From positions 1-64,000 of IMG/VR virus record IMGVR_UViG_3300035703_000043: 64,000 nucleotides of DNA. One strand, given 5' to 3'. The notes beneath the pieces were generated by a model that worked only from the letters and a program-made list of their open reading frames with translations, was not told the origin of the DNA and made no database searches. The translations under genes and the position numbers were made by a program. Positions 61,801 to 64,000 of this stretch are shown here, in pieces (position 1 is the first letter of the stretch; every line of letters begins with the position of its first letter). Source of the DNA: a virus. Taxonomy: Duplodnaviria; Caudoviricetes.

Positions 61801-64000
61801 GGTCTTCAGGGAACACAAGGTATTCAAGGAACTCAAGGCACACAAGGTACTCAAGGTACTCAAGGTCTTCAAGGTCTTCAGGGAACACAAGGTATTCAAG
61901 GAACTCAAGGAACTCAAGGAACTCAAGGTACACAAGGTACTCAGGGTCTTCAAGGAACACAAGGTACTCAAGGTACTCAGGGTCTTCAAGGAACACAAGG
62001 AACACAAGGTACTCAAGGTACTCAGGGAACTCAAGGTACTCAGGGTCTTCAAGGTACACAAGGTACTCAGGGTCTTCAAGGAACTCAAGGTACTCAAGGT
62101 ACTCAGGGAACACAAGGTACTCAAGGTACTCAGGGAACACAAGGTACTCAGGGTCTTCAAGGAACACAAGGTACTCAGGGAACTCAAGGTACACAAGGCA
62201 CACAAGGTACTCAGGGTCTTCAAGGAACACAAGGTCTTCAAGGTACACAAGGCACTCAAGGAACTCAAGGAACTCAAGGCACACAAGGTACTCAGGGTCT
62301 TCAAGGAACACAAGGCACTCAAGGAACTCAAGGTACTCAGGGTCTTCAAGGTACACAAGGTACTCAGGGTCTTCAAGGAACTCAAGGTACTCAAGGTACT
62401 CAGGGTCTTCAAGGTACACAAGGCACACAAGGTACTCAAGGTACTCAAGGTACTCAGGGATCACAAGGTCTTCAAGGTCTTCAGGGAACTCAAGGTACTC
62501 AAGGTACTCAAGGAACACAAGGTACTCAGGGTCTTCAAGGAACACAAGGTACTCAGGGTCTTCAAGGAACACAAGGTCTTCAAGGTACACAAGGTACACA
62601 AGGAACTCAAGGAACACAAGGTACTCAGGGAACTCAAGGCACACAAGGTACACAAGGTACTCAAGGTCTTCAAGGAACACAAGGTCTTCAAGGTACACAA
62701 GGCACACAAGGAACTCAAGGCACACAAGGAACTCAAGGAACTCAAGGTCTTCAAGGTACTCAGGGTACTCAAGGTACTCAAGGTACTCAGGGAACACAAG
62801 GTACTCAAGGTACTCAGGGAACACAAGGTACTCAGGGTCTTCAAGGTACACAAGGTACTCAAGGAACTCAAGGCACACAAGGTACTCAAGGTCTTCAAGG
62901 TCTTCAAGGTCTTCAAGGTCTTCAAGGTACACAAGGTACTCAGGGAACTCAAGGTACTCAGGGAACTCAAGGTACTCAAGGAACTCAAGGAACTCAAGGT
63001 ACTCAAGGAACTCAAGGAACTCAAGGTACTCAAGGTACTCAAGGTCTTCAAGGTCTTCAAGGTACTCAAGGAACTCAAGGAACACAAGGTACTCAAGGCA
63101 CTCAAGGTACTCAAGGTCTTCAAGGTCTTCAGGGAACTCAAGGTACTCAAGGTCTTCAAGGTCTTCAGGGAACTCAAGGTACTCAAGGAACACAAGGTAC
63201 TCAGGGAACTCAAGGAACACAAGGTACTCAAGGTACTCAAGGTACTCAAGGTACTCAAGGTCTTCAAGGTCTTCAGGGAACTCAAGGTACTCAGGGAAGA
63301 CAAGGAACACAAGGCACACAAGGTACTCAAGGTCTTCAAGGTACACAAGGTACTCAAGGAACTCAAGGACTTACTGGACCAGTAGCAGGTTCGGCAAATC
63401 AAGTTGTTTTTAAAGATGGTTCTAATAATCCAACTGGTTCTGCGAACTTAACTTTTGATGGAACGACTCTGAGTGCTTATAATGTTAGCATCACTAATAA
63501 TTTAAGTATTGGTGGAACAACAACAATTATTACTGCTCAAGATTTAAGAGTTCTCGATGCTGATATTATTCTTGGTTTCACAACCAATGCTTTAGGTCAA
63601 GATGTTTCTACAGATATAACAGCAAATCACGGTGGTATTGCTGTTGCTTCTACTGAAGGTAATCCATTAGTAAATCTGTTTATTAGTGGAATTGAGACAG
63701 CACCTTCAACATATAAGAAAATTATGTGGTTTAAGTCTGGAGCATTTTCTGGACTTGGCACTGATGCTTGGTTAATCAATTATGGTGTTGGTATTGGATC
63801 AACTCAAGTCCCATTTGGTGTAAGACTTGCTGCAGGAGGAATGCAAGTTACTGATAGTAAAATATCTTCTCCAAATCTTGACATATCTGGAATTGCAACT
63901 ATCAATAAACTTGATGTTAATCAATTATCTCCAAATGGTACTGATTTTGGTACTGCTTCTTATGTTCCAATTGCAGATGGTACAGGAAATTGGAGTTGGC
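58819..64000 (+). CDS. Giant collagen-like tail fibre (5' part, >1720 aa, runs off window)
   Basis: MAKYLSNRQKNFKIGISSYTE...; frame continues through the GTQ tract to the window end (spot-checked); absent from the ORF track, consistent with no stop in the window. Confidence 0.85.
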   Translation, partial: MAKYLSNRQKNFKIGISSYTENKTVLEITGNVGIGTTNATSDLYVVGDGYFTGVVTASNFYVGNELVGAGGSFAQLYVSGIATLGANGGITTTGGNLYVGGDLQVSGSSNFIGTAIFRGGTIGIGDSTSDDINVGGEFVSNLVPKYDNTYDIGLESNRWRNARFSGLTTTGNLYVSGVGTVANLYSTTGIINYLSGTDLNFSGISTLGVTSATQLTSQSLTVSGNSNLSITDITVNSSSNALTITQTGTGNALIVKDDNSDSSPFVVTGIGSVGVGVENPAEKLQVDGNIRLGSSDSNYIAFKGTTGDSPNGGFTHTFIGERIYTPGTEESELLIFKGNDHDLSVEGPDRIRLAAAEIRFDTYTIPTSGSFEEVATSGNLDTKFIIRDNGFVGVGTANPSSTLDVSGNLNVSGIGTINTLDANIVDIENLTATNINSSGISTLGIASINHLYVSGLSTFVGVGTFNDDLYVGGDVRISGILTVGGNSVVIDGENDLIKIGSGVTLGSSSGTIVYLSGTNLNYSGIGTIGTLDTNIGTIDYLSGTDLNYNGIGTFGTLAVTGLTTTKDLRVVGITTLGVTTVTNLTAQNINSSGIVTGFTFRPSSGYYQSANGTNSFYVYDGTGNVAFQGTIGASQINNASGYKVIGFAGTNITFENNAYIAGITTSVGGFIGNLTGTATTATKLETARAFEITGDIVASAISFDGTGNVSLAATIQPNSVALGSDTTGDYVQSITGTSNQITVTGGTGEGSTPTLSLPNNLILPQDVTVTRDLQVNRNLNVTGNITIGGSTAFVNVQELVVTDPDIILGYRTDAFGNDVSNDNTANHGGVALASTEGTPLVNLFVAGIETAPATYKKIMWFKEGTFAGLGTDAWLINYAVGIGSTQFPTGTRLAAGNVQFTENDLAVVRNINSSGLITATRFIGTATNLDINGLTTINDPQSNDFIALYDVSGAVVGKATIQNAALQGLQGTQGTQGIQGTQGLQGTQGTQGTQGLQGTQGIQGTQGTQGTQGTQGLQGLQGTQGIQGTQGTQGTQGTQGTQGLQGTQGTQGTQGLQGTQGTQGTQGTQGTQGTQGLQGTQGTQGLQGTQGTQGTQGTQGTQGTQGTQGTQGLQGTQGTQGTQGTQGTQGTQGLQGTQGLQGTQGTQGTQGTQGTQGTQGLQGTQGTQGTQGTQGLQGTQGTQGLQGTQGTQGTQGLQGTQGTQGTQGTQGTQGSQGLQGLQGTQGTQGTQGTQGTQGLQGTQGTQGLQGTQGLQGTQGTQGTQGTQGTQGTQGTQGTQGTQGLQGTQGLQGTQGTQGTQGTQGTQGTQGLQGTQGTQGTQGTQGTQGTQGTQGTQGTQGLQGTQGTQGTQGTQGTQGLQGLQGLQGLQGTQGTQGTQGTQGTQGTQGTQGTQGTQGTQGTQGTQGTQGLQGLQGTQGTQGTQGTQGTQGTQGLQGLQGTQGTQGLQGLQGTQGTQGTQGTQGTQGTQGTQGTQGTQGTQGLQGLQGTQGTQGRQGTQGTQGTQGLQGTQGTQGTQGLTGPVAGSANQVVFKDGSNNPTGSANLTFDGTTLSAYNVSITNNLSIGGTTTIITAQDLRVLDADIILGFTTNALGQDVSTDITANHGGIAVASTEGNPLVNLFISGIETAPSTYKKIMWFKSGAFSGLGTDAWLINYGVGIGSTQVPFGVRLAAGGMQVTDSKISSPNLDISGIATINKLDVNQLSPNGTDFGTASYVPIADGTGNWSW
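61717..63378 (+). repeat. Uninterrupted collagen tract (about 184 G-X-Q triplets)
   Basis: 9-nt CAAGGN(ACN/CTT) repeat over about 1.66 kb. Confidence 0.95.

Noticed and set aside
61531-63402. 300-560-aa alternative-frame ORFs in the ORF track
   Set aside because: Same artefact; the coding frame is the one starting at 58819
1-64000. tRNA or rRNA genes
   Set aside because: No cloverleaf or T-loop signature seen by eye in the few intergenic gaps; tRNAscan-SE would be decisive

Overview
A 64-kb, AT-rich segment of a T4-like cyanomyovirus, probably of the freshwater Synechococcus/Cyanobium-infecting type (inferred). From left to right: end of a sugar-modification island (ugd), two hli genes, a putative lysis block (C39-like peptidase, GH24 lysozyme, membrane proteins), a thermonuclease, a minus-strand cassette of exported proteins, psbA, an EndoVII/F-CphI-type endonuclease, psbD, accessory genes, nrdC, thyX, phoH, an exonuclease, gp33, gp59 and gp32. 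Then come the baseplate module (split gp53, gp48, gp2, gp4, gp54-like, gp26, gp51, two hub/tape-measure-like proteins, cp12, gp5) and about 28 kb of fibre genes with proline-poor GTQ/GLQ collagen tracts; the last ORF (58819->64000) runs off the window. The strongest new signal is a complete -1 ribosomal frameshift cassette (internal SD, T TTT TTC, 11-bp hairpin) that would fuse gp26 to gp51, like the lambda G/GT tail chaperones. Other notable signals: an intronless psbA with a recoded 3' end next to its homing endonuclease, HLR1/RpaB-like boxes at the hli, psbA and psbD promoters, a split gp53, a circularly permuted M23-like domain, and a collagen cassette with the same flanks in two fibre genes. 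All assignments come from motif recognition by eye; no searches were run.
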